Position numbers and translations under genes: made by a program
Source of the DNA: Octopus vulgaris
Lineage: Eukaryota
Length of the DNA stretch: 64,000 bases
Assembly: GCA_951406725.2 (NCBI GenBank)
Contig: OX597820.1
Coordinates: 54,622,001 to 54,686,000, forward strand
Direction: 5' to 3'
Shown: piece by piece, positions 1 to 11,262 of the stretch
Position numbering within the stretch: the first letter of the stretch is position 1
Layout: every line of letters begins with the position of its first letter
Notes under the pieces: model-generated
What the model was told of the DNA's origin: nothing
The model's database searches: none
Seen by the model: only the letters and a program-made list of their open reading frames with translations

Positions 1-3000
1 AGTGTGATTTAAGCTAGTACAGAATTCATAATGTACAGAATTCATAATTTTTACGAAATATCAAATTGCTTTCGTTCTCACTGTTCGGCGGTGTACTTAG
101 GGCCAGTTAAAAGATAACTATTGTATAATAAATATCTACGTAACAATAAACAAAAAATAAACGGAAGACTTAAGTACAAAATACACCAAGAATTATTATG
201 CGGCCCATAATTATAAAGGTGCTATGTCTTTTCGTCCGGCGTCACATCGTCCAAAGTCACTTCGTGCAACATCACTTCGTCCACGTTTGCAGGCTGTTAC
301 AAAATACACAATACTGGGTACACCAGAAACAGAATGGTTAGTTCCTTTAATATAACATAGCATGCAAGTACAGTAAGAGTGGTTAAGAAGTAGTGGTAAA
401 GAAGAATGAGACTAGAAGGGCTCAAACAATTAAGCAGATCAATCGACTTTAGAGGGAGTAATTTAGATTGATCCTAGGTTATGTGCTATTATAGAGGTTA
501 CTTAAAGTCTAGCAGACTCCTATCTCACCCGAATCGCTAACATTAAATATCATATTACACACTTTCACAAACTACATTCTTGCCCACAACAGCCAACTTT
601 GTTGGTCATTTTCCCATTTCATATTTAGCCTCGACAGACCTCAGCCACGGTTTTTTGTAAAGAAGTAATGTTCTTATTCTTCTATTAAAAAATGCGTAAG
701 ATACAGCTGTAATGACCTGACATTTATCCATTGTCTGTTATTCATTTGATTGTGTGTGTGTGTACATGTATGTATGTATGTATGTATGTATGTATGCGAG
801 GTGTTTCTATACAGTTGCCTTCTCCCAAACCAATTCGGGAGGCTTTGGTTGACCCGGAGTTATAGTAGAAGACACTTGCTCAAGATTCCACGCAGTGAGA
901 CTGAACCCGAAACCATGTGATTGCGAAGAAAACTTCTTACTTTATGGCCCTGCCTGCGTCGAGTTATAATTTTTGTTTGTTTTTTTTTCTGTAAGTGTCC
1001 AAAGACCATTACAATAATTCTTAATTCTGAAGGAATTATGGTCCAGAAAACAGAAAAAATATTTTTCACTCAAGTAAGAACTGGAAGGACTGAATAAAGA
1101 CCCTTCCAAATATAAACCTGACAGTGCTCATTTACAAGAGTTTTATGAAGTTACGTATGTGATATATGTTTAACTAGATAGAGACTAGTTAATTATCATG
1201 CTATTAAAGAATCACAGCTGGCTCAGACCACATAATGTTGGATTGTTGAGCGAAAAATCAATGGCTTGCAATTGTGTTTGCAATGGCTTGCAAACACAGT
1301 GTTGTGTGTGCTTGCCAAAGTTCACCAAGTTATAAATAGACTTCCTACAAAGGTAAAGTTTGCTGCTGAAACTAGGAAACTAGAAGAGACAATAGAAATG
1401 TTTCATTTATCTTGTGGTTTTGAGTTCAAATACAACCAGGAATATAGATTCGAGACAGGCGTACTAAGATTTTTGCGCGGTAAGAAATTTACCTCCTAAC
1501 CACATGGTTCCGAGTTCAGTCCTACAGTGTGACACCTTGGGCAAGTGTCTTCTACTATAGGCTCAGGATGACCTAAGCCATGTGGGTGGATTTGGTGTAC
1601 GAAAAGTGAAAGAATCCAGTCGTGTGTGTGTGTGAGTGTATGTGTGTGTGTATTTGTCTTTGTGTTTACGTTTGTCCCCTACTACTACTTGTCGGTTCGG
1701 CAAAAAAAAGACCAATAGAATAAGTACCTGACTTAAAAATAGTAAATACTGGTGTCGACTTGTTCTATTAAACCTTTCAAGGTGGTGCCCCAGCATGGCC
1801 ACAATCCAATAATTGAAACAAGTTATATAAAAAGGTAGTAAGTACTGGAGAGTATTGAACAAGTCTGCTGCGCAATGTATCACCGCTGACCTCAGTCTTT
1901 TGTCATTTCCTCGGTAAAACCCTGTAATCTAAAATCTGACCTCATTTCTTCTTCGCATATCACTTTCAGTCCATCTCTTTCACACTTTTTCACCCAGAGC
2001 TTATCAAGGTCCATCACATGCCTCTTGTTAGCTTTTGTTAATGATTAACGGCATTTATCTCCAAGGTTACGCTCAATCTTTCATGCAAGTTAATAGTACT
2101 GACTCAATATATCAGGTGTGCCTCATTTTTTTTTTCAACTTTGCAGATCATCAACATTCAATTTGCTTCTAGTAAGCCATATAGTAATGGGTTATACTTC
2201 AGCCTTGTCGATCCGGTTTGTCTGTAAATAAAAGCTTACAGCTCATTGTAATTAACAGCTGGATAACGAACACATTACATCTAAAACATAAGGTAAGATC
2301 GTGTTTACCAAGATGAATGAATAAAACTAGGGAATATCCCAGAATTAAAGGGTTCACCGTCCACATCTTGTACAGAGTATGTTACGATAAAGAACACTGA
2401 TATCTGTTGAGATTATTTCTTCTTTTCGTAAACGAAAGCTTGTTACTACGAACGGCAAACCATCGAGAAAGTTTGAAAACAACTGTTCTTTGATTGGTGT
2501 AACTGAAGCAGCGATCAAAATGTTAGCTAGTCCTTATGTTGCCGTTGCAGTTTGTCCATTGTGGTTAGCTGCTGGTCGTGCTACTGTCTTTTGATGTCTC
2601 TTGTTCGCCGTCTGTCCATCGCTTTTGTGATGTTCTAGCACTTGTATCATCTGTTTTCAATGGAGTGGCTGTGCTGAATATACAGTGGTGCTTTGGCTCA
2701 GAAAGAAACGCGCCAAAGATGTTGGAGCCGGACTCACGCGAAGTCTTGATTGGTTAGATTTTTTTATGATGCACATAATATTCTAGCGAATCGTGACATC
2801 GGATATAGTGACCTGATTGTTAAATATACCTACTACAAGTACACTTTGTACACTCCTTAGCGCATTCTTTATACCAAAAGATGTATGTACATACATATAT
2901 ATATATATATAAGTAGCTAGTTCTAAAATCTCTAAAAGAGATATAAGCAGTGACAATACTAGACACTAACTTTTTTTAGCCACTATAACATGGCTGTTCT

Positions 3001-3310
3001 ATAAAGAACTATGTTACTACATTTTAACCACAGGAAAATTCTTTTCCAGCTTTTTAGCGACATACAACTTGTGTCCGATATATTTTGAGTAAGGGAGCGA
3101 ATCACTCCCCCCCCCCTCCAGCCTGGCAAGACCAGTAGACCATGTTTTCTGAGTCTTTGCCCTTCATCGGTAACTGGACACCTTGCCTGCTAGAGATGGC
3201 AGTCAATTGTCCCTATTCACTATATATAAACATACAGACAGACACGCGCGCGGCGTGCGTGCGCGCACACACATAAACACACAGATAAATACAAACACAC
3301 ATACACAAAC

Positions 3311-3360
<50 letters not shown>

Positions 3361-3368
3361 AAACACAA

Positions 3369-3399
<31 letters not shown>

Positions 3400-3910
3400 A
3401 CTGACCAATTGTCATAACACAGCTAAGGTCAATGCCTGCAAGAACTTACGCCACTCAGCTTCGGCTTCAGAATTCGACTACTTCAATAATCGCTATCATA
3501 CTGAAACCCATATTTCTCACGGACACGCACGAACTAGGTGTGAATATTTCTTTCCTGTCGTTCTTCACAATGAAGGCATTTTTCCTTTTGTCTTTTTGGG
3601 GTTTTTTTTTCGTTAACAAAACTTGTAAATTCACACAAATTTGTGAACCAACCAAAATATTCCTTTGTCTCACACACACACACACGTATGTACATACACA
3701 TGCATAATACACACATCTGTATGTATGTATGTATGTATGTATTTTGCCTACTGACCTGAAACCTCTAAGTATATCATATATGAACAAGTATTAAATTTTG
3801 ACGATAAACCTAGATACGTATAACAACCTACATTCCTTTTCTTTCCAAGTTTGTAGTAACTTTACATATAACCACGCATGCGTACACCCATAATTCTTTT
3901 ATTTTTATTA

Positions 3911-4476
3911 GTGGGTTGTCCAGAAAGTTCGTGCCGATTTATAGTAGCTTACCTTTCGACTTATTTTAGAATGTGGTTGAATCCATAGAATAGGATTTGA
4001 CTACACCTCCATTTAGAGCACAGTTTAAGCTATCTTTTCGTGGAAGAAGATTTATGTTCCTATAACCTGTGTTAATTCTGTAACCCTTTAAAATGGAATA
4101 TAAGACAGTTCATTTTCGGCACTTGATGCTTTGGGAACCAGACAGAAATTACTGCAGCTCGGCTGGGATGTGTTACTCCACCCTCCATATTCACCAGATA
4201 TTGATCCTTCGGATTTCCACTTATTCAGGTCTCTGCAGAATAGTCTTAATGGTAAAAATTTCAATTTCTTGGATGACGTCAAAAGATACCTCGATGAATT
4301 CTTTGCCATGAAACCACTTCAATTCTGGGAAGTGAGTATTTTCAAGTTAAAGGGAAAATGGAGACGCATTGTGCAACAAAATGGTTCATATTTAGTTGAT
4401 TAAAAATGTAACGGCAAGTATTTATTGACCTTTTTCTTTCCTTTAAAAATCGGCACGAACTTTCCGGACAACCCAA
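3911..4476 (+). mobile_element. Internally deleted mariner element (C-terminal transposase fragment between TIRs)
   Basis: TIRs GGGTTGTCC(A/G)GAAAGTTCGTGCCGATTT at both ends with TA flanks; ORF 4131-4403 contains the mariner motif WDVLLHPPYSPDIDPSDFHLFRSLQNSL. Confidence 0.9.
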
Positions 4477-4493
4477 TATATTGTAGATGCTAA

Positions 4494-4695
4494 GGCGTCG
4501 AGCTGGCAGAATTGTTAGCACGCGGGACGAAATGCTTAGCGGTATTTCGTCCGTCGCTATGTTCTGAGTTCAAATTCCGCCGAGCTCGACTTTGCCTTTC
4601 ATCCTTTTGGGGTCGATAAAAAAAGTACCAGTTGAACGATTTAACCGACTTATCCTCACCTACCCCAAGCTGCCCTTGTGGTAAAAATTTGAAAT
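4494..4695 (+). mobile_element. tRNA-derived SINE, family B (GGCG..GAGCTGGCAGAA..GTTAGCACG..TCTGAGTTCAAATTCCGCC)
   Basis: A-box/B-box-like head; near-identical copies at about 10724, 11279, 27655, 29006, 31820-32880, 35230(-), 55625(-), 57465(-). Confidence 0.8.
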
Positions 4696-4696
4696 A

Positions 4697-4894
4697 GGCG
4701 TAGGAGTGGCTGCGTGGTAAGTAGCTTGCTTACCAACCACGTGGTTCCGGGTTCAGTCCCACTGCGTGGCACCTTCGGTATGTGTCTTCTACTATAGTCT
4801 CGGGCTGATCAAAGCCTTGTGAGTGGGTTTGCTAGACGAAAACTGAAAGAAGCTCGTAGTATATATGCATACACACACACACACAGACACACAC

Positions 4895-4941
<47 letters not shown>

Positions 4942-5384
4942 ATAAGAAAATGGAGAAATAAATCTAAATCAAATATCAATTACCAGATAATACTCAATCA
5001 CATACTTTATTAAACCACTACATAAGAGACTGTAGGGTTCACTCTTTTATGTACACTTTTTATGTACATTCCTTTATGTACACTGATTTGTTCTGCTTTT
5101 TTATGTTTAACCCTACAATCTCTTATGTGGTGGTTTAATAAAGTATGGGATTGAGTATTATCTGGTAATTGATATTTGATTTAGATGTATTTCTCCATTT
5201 TCTTATCTTGTATTAGTAATTTGTGGTAAATCATTTTACCTTCGCCCATATAATACAGTAAATGAATTGATTGCATCGCAATCCTTAACATTTATGTATT
5301 AACTTTATTGGGTACTTCACTAGCAGTATATTGGATATATGTTATCCCATGGAGGGTTGCATTTACAACCCCTATCTCAATTTG

Positions 5385-5431
<47 letters not shown>

Positions 5432-5636
5432 GTGTGTATATGTTTGTGTGTTTGTGTTTGTCCCCCCAACATCGCTTGACAACCGATGCTGGTGTGTTTA
5501 CGTCCCCGTAACGGCAAAAGAAGACGGATTGAATAAGTACTAGGCTTACAAAGAATAAGTCCTGGGGTCGATTTGCTCGACTAAGGGTGGTGCTCCAGCA
5601 TGGCCACAGTCACATGACTGAAACAATTAAAAAGAG
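4697..5636 (+). mobile_element. tRNA-derived SINE, family A (AGGCG.AGGAGTGGCTG.GTGGTAAGTAGC..GGTTCAGTCCC), interrupted at its internal (TA)n by a ~445 bp insert
   Basis: Head and tail match the intact copy at 20820-21270; the extra segment 4939-5383 sits between TA runs. Confidence 0.8.
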
Positions 5637-5909
5637 TATTGTAGCTACTAGTTTTTACACTGCCCTAAATTTAATAACACCGTCACGAACATCACTTGAT
5701 CTTAGCTGTCTTTAACGGTCATCACTATGTTTCAACGGGTTCACTGTTTCCTCGTCGCTTACATTCACTTGCAAATGTTGAAAGTTGACATCAGTCTCAT
5801 CAGTCTCGGAATTTGAACTCAGAACATAGCGACGGACGAAATACCGCTAAGCATTTCGTCCCGCGTGCTAACAATTCTGCCAGCTCGCCGCCTTAGCATC
5901 TACAATATA

Positions 5910-6476
5910 TTAGGTTGTCCGGAAAGTTCGTGCCGATTTTTAAAGGAAAGAAAAAAGTCAATAAATACTTGCCGTTACATTTTTAATCAACCAAATATGA
6001 ACCATTTTGTTGCCCAATGCGTCTCCATTTTTTCCTTTAACTTGAAAATACCCACTTCCCAGAATTGAGGTGGTTTCATGGCAAAGAATTCATCGAGGTA
6101 TCTTTTTACGTCATCCAAGAAATTGAAATTTTTACCATTAAGACTATTCTGCAGAGACATGAATAAGTGGAAATCCGAAGGAGCAATATCTGGTGAATAT
6201 GGAGGGTGGGGTAACACATCCCAACCGAGTTGCACCAATTTTTGTCTGGTTCCCAAAGCATCAAGTGCCGAAAATGAACTTTCTCATCTTCCATTTTAAA
6301 GGGTTACAGAATTAACACAGGTTATAGGAACATAAATCTTCTTCCACGAAAAGATAGCTTAAACTGTGCTCTAAATGGAGGTGTAGTCAAATCCTATTTT
6401 ATGGATTCAACCATGTTCTCAAATAAGTCGAAAGGTAAGCTACTATAAATCGGCACGAACTTTCTGGACAACCCAC
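5910..6476 (-). mobile_element. Internally deleted mariner element, inverted duplicate of 3911-4476
   Basis: Same TIRs; ORF 5987-6256 contains WDVLPHPPYSPDIAPSDFHLF. Confidence 0.9.
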
Positions 6477-6978
6477 TAATAACAATAAAAGAATTATGGG
6501 TGTACGCATGCGTGGTTATATGTATGGGCACAACTTCTTCAAGCCACACTGACTTACATAAAAACAATGTGCAGTCGTTGATGTTTTGTTGCTGTTTGTT
6601 GAGGTTGCCGTCACCGCCGTCGTCGTATTTTTAGCTTTAGGTCAGACTTGAGTGAGCAAACCTCAAAAACGCTTCAGTTACGATTGAAAACTTTCCAGCT
6701 GTCACGTTTTGTTCAGACAAGACATGACTTTTTTCCACCGTGTTTCTGGGGTTTTTTGTTTTTTGTTTTTTGTTTTTTTTTTTAAGGCGGTCGAATGTTA
6801 AGAGACTTTGAGTAACTATTGAGGTGATCATGAGATGTGTTAAAAATAACAGCTAAATAGGCCTTAAATCAAACACAATTTTTTTTTTTTGTTTTGTTTG
6901 GATTTTGCATAATCGTATGAATTCCCGTATGTAGAATACAAATTCGCAAAACTTTTTGAAAATTCTAAGTTATAATAT

Positions 6979-7143
6979 AGGCGTAGGAGTTGCTGTGTAG
7001 TAAGTAGCTTGCTTACCAACCACATGGTTCCGGGTTCAGTCCCATTGCGTGGCGCCTTGGGCAAGTGTCTTCTACTATAGCCTCGGGCCAACCAAAGCCT
7101 TGTGAGTGGATTTGGTAGACGGAAACTGAGAGAAGTCCGTCGT

Positions 7144-7195
<52 letters not shown>

Positions 7196-7385
7196 CTATG
7201 TTTGCGTGTCTGTTTGTCTCCCCCTCCCCCCGCCAACATCGCTTGACAACCGATGCTGGTGTATTTACGTTCCCGTAACTTAGCGGTTCGGCAAAAGAAT
7301 AAGTCCTGAGGTCGATTTGTTCGACTAAAGGCGGTGCTCCAGCATGGCTGCAATCAAATGACTGAAACAAGTAAAAGAGTAAAAG
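6979..7385 (+). mobile_element. SINE family A copy
   Basis: Matches 20820-21270, including the internal (TA)n/(TG)n and the TGACTGAAACAAGTAAAAGAGT tail. Confidence 0.85.
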
Positions 7386-7789
7386 ATTGTATGGAATGCG
7401 TAAAGCAGAATCCCGCCAATATTTCATTTGTTTACGGTTGACAACATGCGCTGTCTGTGTAAAAATTATCAAACTTTAAACCACTGTAACTCTTTTAAAA
7501 AAAGTTTCTGGAAAAAGTTAATTATTTCCTGAGATTCAGCTTGGAAAATTACATCAATACACCGAATTTTAAAATTTTCACTAAACTTTAAAATGTCCAC
7601 AGGAGCAACCAAACAGAAAAGATCCGTTGCTTGGTCATCTACAGCTATCTCAAGCTCTACGGTATAGGTTTCCCACAAGCAGAGCTGACTATAAAGAGAT
7701 TATACAACGGCAACCTTAAACACTCACACTGTTTAACTAGATTTTAGTTATACTAGGCCAACGCAATGAAAGACTATCAACTGCGACCA

Positions 7790-8690
7790 CTGGCGTGAAT
7801 CGCCAGCGAGTGGACAGCTTCTCAATCTGTAAGCTTGCTGCACATTTGAACTGAATCAAAGTGGATTATAAGATTATGAAAGGTGATAGAATGCTTTGGA
7901 CTTCAGAAAGTATATACAAAGTTGATACCTCGGTTGTTGACACCTGATTTAAAAGAGAGAGGGGTGGAAGTCTGCTCTTTTCTACTGGAAACGTTTGAAG
8001 CCAATGGAGACACTTTTTTTTCTTATCTGAGAGGGATGAAATGTAACCACTCCTTTAAGATCTGGAAAGGAAGGCTCCATCCTTGGAATGTCGTTCCATT
8101 TCTTCTCCAATGCCGAGGAAGTTCAAGAGCTAAGGATCCGCATATAATGTCAAAGTAGCTGTTTTGGGAGATGCCATGAGCATAATTCTCCTTATTTTCT
8201 GGAATGTGTCTAATGTGAACAGCGAGCGATACAATGAGACACTCGAGCAGCTTAGGGAATCCATTAGGAGGAAGAGACCGAACAAGAATTTGAAAACGAT
8301 CCACACTGACCTTGACAGTGTGTATATCTTTGTTAACAAATCAAGAAATTGGCAAATTAACCAAATCAGTAGCTCCCTCATCTACTGTTGTTACAACCCG
8401 AATCTGGCGCCCTCTGACTTCCATTTGTTCGGTCCTATGAAGAGTACTTCGGGGACAGCGATTTGGTGACACAGATGAGGCGAAAGCAGCTCTGAAAAGG
8501 TAAGTAAAACTGTGCACACCTGAAATTTTAACAAAAAGAATTCTGGAGCTAGATCCGATGATTGTACAAATGCATCAGTCGTGATGAGTAGTATAAAGGT
8601 GGTACTCAACATAGAGGAAAAGTTTCTCTATCAACATTTGAACGACCTGTGGTAATAAAACTGTTATGCACGCTTCTTTCGAGTCAACCG
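7790..8690 (+). pseudogene. Highly degenerate mariner transposase remnant
   Basis: Fragments KVYTKLIPRLLT, VNSERYNETLEQLRESIRRKRP and YNPNLAPSDFHLFGPMK lie in broken frames. Confidence 0.75.
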
Positions 8691-8969
8691 TTGTGTGAGT
8701 TCAGATATGCATACAAACACACACACATACACGCGCCCGCACACAGCTTGTGCGTGTATGCACGCGCGCGCGCGAGTTAGAAAAGAGATTTAAACAAAGG
8801 AAAAGCAGGTGAAAGAGAGACACAGAGGGAATTCGACCAACCGAGTCAAATAGAAAGGGAAAGTATGAAGGGTAATAATAAAAAAAAAAACAGAAAAAAA
8901 CACAGACCGAAGGAATGAAAGAATGAAGAGAAAAACAAAGACAAAATGAGGAAAAGTAAGAATGATCGA

Positions 8970-8988
8970 GCAAAGAGAAAGAAAGGAA

Positions 8989-9053
<65 letters not shown>

Positions 9054-9145
9054 GAAGGGAGAAAGAAAGAAAGAAAGAAAGAAAAGTGTGAAAGAAAGAA
9101 AGAAAGAAAGAAAGAAAGAAAAGTGTGAGAGAAAGAAAGAAAAGC
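8970..9145 (+). repeat. (GAAA)n microsatellite
   Basis: Direct tandem repeat. Confidence 0.95.
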
Positions 9146-9495
9146 GTGAGAGAAGAATAAAATCAGAATAAAAGATAATGGATGTGAGAAAAGAAAATAA
9201 GGCAGACACAAAAAACAGAACTCGTACTTTTGCCAACATGACAATACAACGACGTTGAAATCCGTGTGCTAGATACAGCAATCAATAATACTTTGTTCTC
9301 TGGCAATTCCAGCTGGATAATTGACAACTACCAAGGTCATTTTGTATCAGTGAAGTGGTTTCATGGGGAAGTAAAAAAAAAAAGAAGAAAAGAAGAATTA
9401 CAAGAACTGAACACCCACCTTTCGAAAGTATATTTCCGTTAGCTTTTCCAGATGTACATTTTGAATAGTAACAGTGACATCCGGGAGTTAGGACA

Positions 9496-9553
<58 letters not shown>

Positions 9554-9556
<3 letters not shown>

Positions 9557-9757
9557 ACCTCGTCTGTATCACTAGCGGTTTTTTTTCCTCTGTCTTCCCT
9601 TCTCGGGACCTTTCCTTCTCCTATGTTTCCGACGAAGAGCTCCGCTCGAAACGTCAAACCCTCCTTCTTCCCTTCTTTCCTGAGCGTCCAATAATACTTT
9701 ATTTGTTCCACGTCCTTGCGTTGTTGTCTTTTTGTTTTCTTGTTTGGATTAACTTTA
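9554..9757 (+). mobile_element. Short non-coding Penelope/retrozyme-like element flanked by (TA)n
   Basis: Bounded by TA runs; contains a hammerhead fold; organisation is shared with 39965-40156. Confidence 0.6.
9625..9659 (+). ncRNA. Minimal type I hammerhead ribozyme motif (U4C core variant)
   Basis: GTTT-CCGACGA-A-GAGC(TCC)GCTC-GAA-ACGT-C-AAAC: stem I, core, stem II, palindromic stem III, GUC site. Confidence 0.7.
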
Positions 9758-9892
9758 TATATATATATATATATATATATGAGGGAATACTATTCCAAAC
9801 TTACAGGGAAAAATTCAATTTAGAAATACTAAATCAAATTTCACAAAATATATTTTTCATTATTGAATTGATAAAAGGTGGGGTTTTCTAAA

Positions 9893-9954
<62 letters not shown>

Positions 9955-10081
9955 TGTGTCTCTGTGTGTGTGTATCTGTTTGTGTGTGTGTGTTTTCTTT
10001 ATTCACCACTAAGGGTTCATAAAAAAATCACTGGGGACGGTACAGGACAATACAGTGTGGAGTCACATAAATCTAATCGTG

Positions 10082-10490
10082 TTAACAGTAAAAAGAAAAA
10101 AACAATAATATAAATTTTAACAACGAAAATTTCCCAAAAGCGGGAGGCCTTTTTGACTGCTCGTGGAGACTCCACAAAACCGTCACCCTGACCACTAGGG
10201 CAAGTGTCCTCTCCACATTAACTTCCTTGAACCTACAGACGCATGCTTGGAGTTCACTCGGATCATTATTGTCATATTCAATAAAAATGTTGGGATGCAG
10301 CACCTCCCTCTCTGCCCTCTTCTTCCTTTCCAAAGAAAACTTGAAAAAATTTACGAGGGCTTGACCAAAAAGGAAGGTATGTGTCTTCGGCCCTTTCAAT
10401 CTGGTCCACCACACAACCTCTTTCGCTAAGGTCACCAGACAAAGAATGTGGCTGGACAATTTTTTCACAATAGACTCGGTTTGACAATGA
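10082..10490 (-). mobile_element. Possible Tx1/L1-like LINE ORF2 C-terminal fragment
   Basis: The translation LCLVTLAKEVVWWTRLKG...FFKFSLERKKRAEREVL resembles the C-terminus of Tx1-type ORF2; no catalytic motif is visible. Confidence 0.4.
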
Positions 10491-10959
10491 ATATCAACAA
10501 ATAACTTTTTTTTTATTGTTAGTTTCTAGAGGAAGGAGGCGAGCAGATAGAATCGTTAGCACCCCGGACAAAATGTTAAACAGCATTTCATCCGTCTTTC
10601 ATCCCATTCGAGAGTGGATGAAATAAGAACCAGTTGAGCAGTGAAGTCAATGTAATAGACTAACCACCTCCTGCGAAATTTCAGGCCTTCTGCTTATAGT
10701 AGAAAGGATTATTAATAGGGGAAAGGCGACGAGCTGGCGGAATCGTTAGCATGCTGGACAAATGCTTAGCGGCATTTCGTCCGTCTTTATGTTCTGAGTT
10801 CAAATTCTGCAGAGGTTGACTTTACCTTTCATTCTATCAGAGTCGATAACATAAGTACCAATAGAGCACTGGGGTCATTGTAATCGATTTGACCCTTCCC
10901 CCTAAAATTGCTGGCCTTGTGCCATCATTTGAAAACATTAATTTCAAGAGAAAGTTGAG

Positions 10960-11262
10960 GAACATGGCCTAGCGGCTAGAGCAGCGGACTCGCGGTCGAG
11001 GGATCACGGGTTCGAATCTAAGATCGAGCGATGTGTGTTTATGAGCGAAACGCCTAAGCTCCACGCGGCTCCGGCAGAAGGTAATGGCGAACTTCTGCTG
11101 ACTCTTTCGCCACAACTTTCTCTCACTCTTTCCTCCTGCATCTTACAGCTCACCTGCGACGGACCGGCATTCCGTCCAGGTGGGGAACCTATACGCCAAG
11201 GAAACCGGGAAACCGGCCTTTGTGAGCCAGACGTGGCTCGAGAAGGAACAAACAAACAACAA
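10960..11262 (+). mobile_element. tRNA-derived SINE, family C-type, with (AAAC)n tail
   Basis: Head TGGCCTAGCGGCTAGAGCAGCGGACTCGCGG..GGTTCGAAT; related to 34746-35050. Confidence 0.75.

Noticed and set aside
3183-3787. ORFs rich in HT/CV/YI repeats (also 13120-13687, 17472-17965, 38324-40302 and others)
   Set aside because: They are translations of (CA)n, (TA)n and (TACA)n microsatellites, not genes
6864-7472. 202-aa ORF
   Set aside because: Antisense read-through of a SINE plus (TA)n; the same peptides recur at every SINE copy
8790-9281. Lys/Glu/Arg-rich and Phe/Leu/Ser-rich ORFs
   Set aside because: Artefacts of the (GAAA)n repeat
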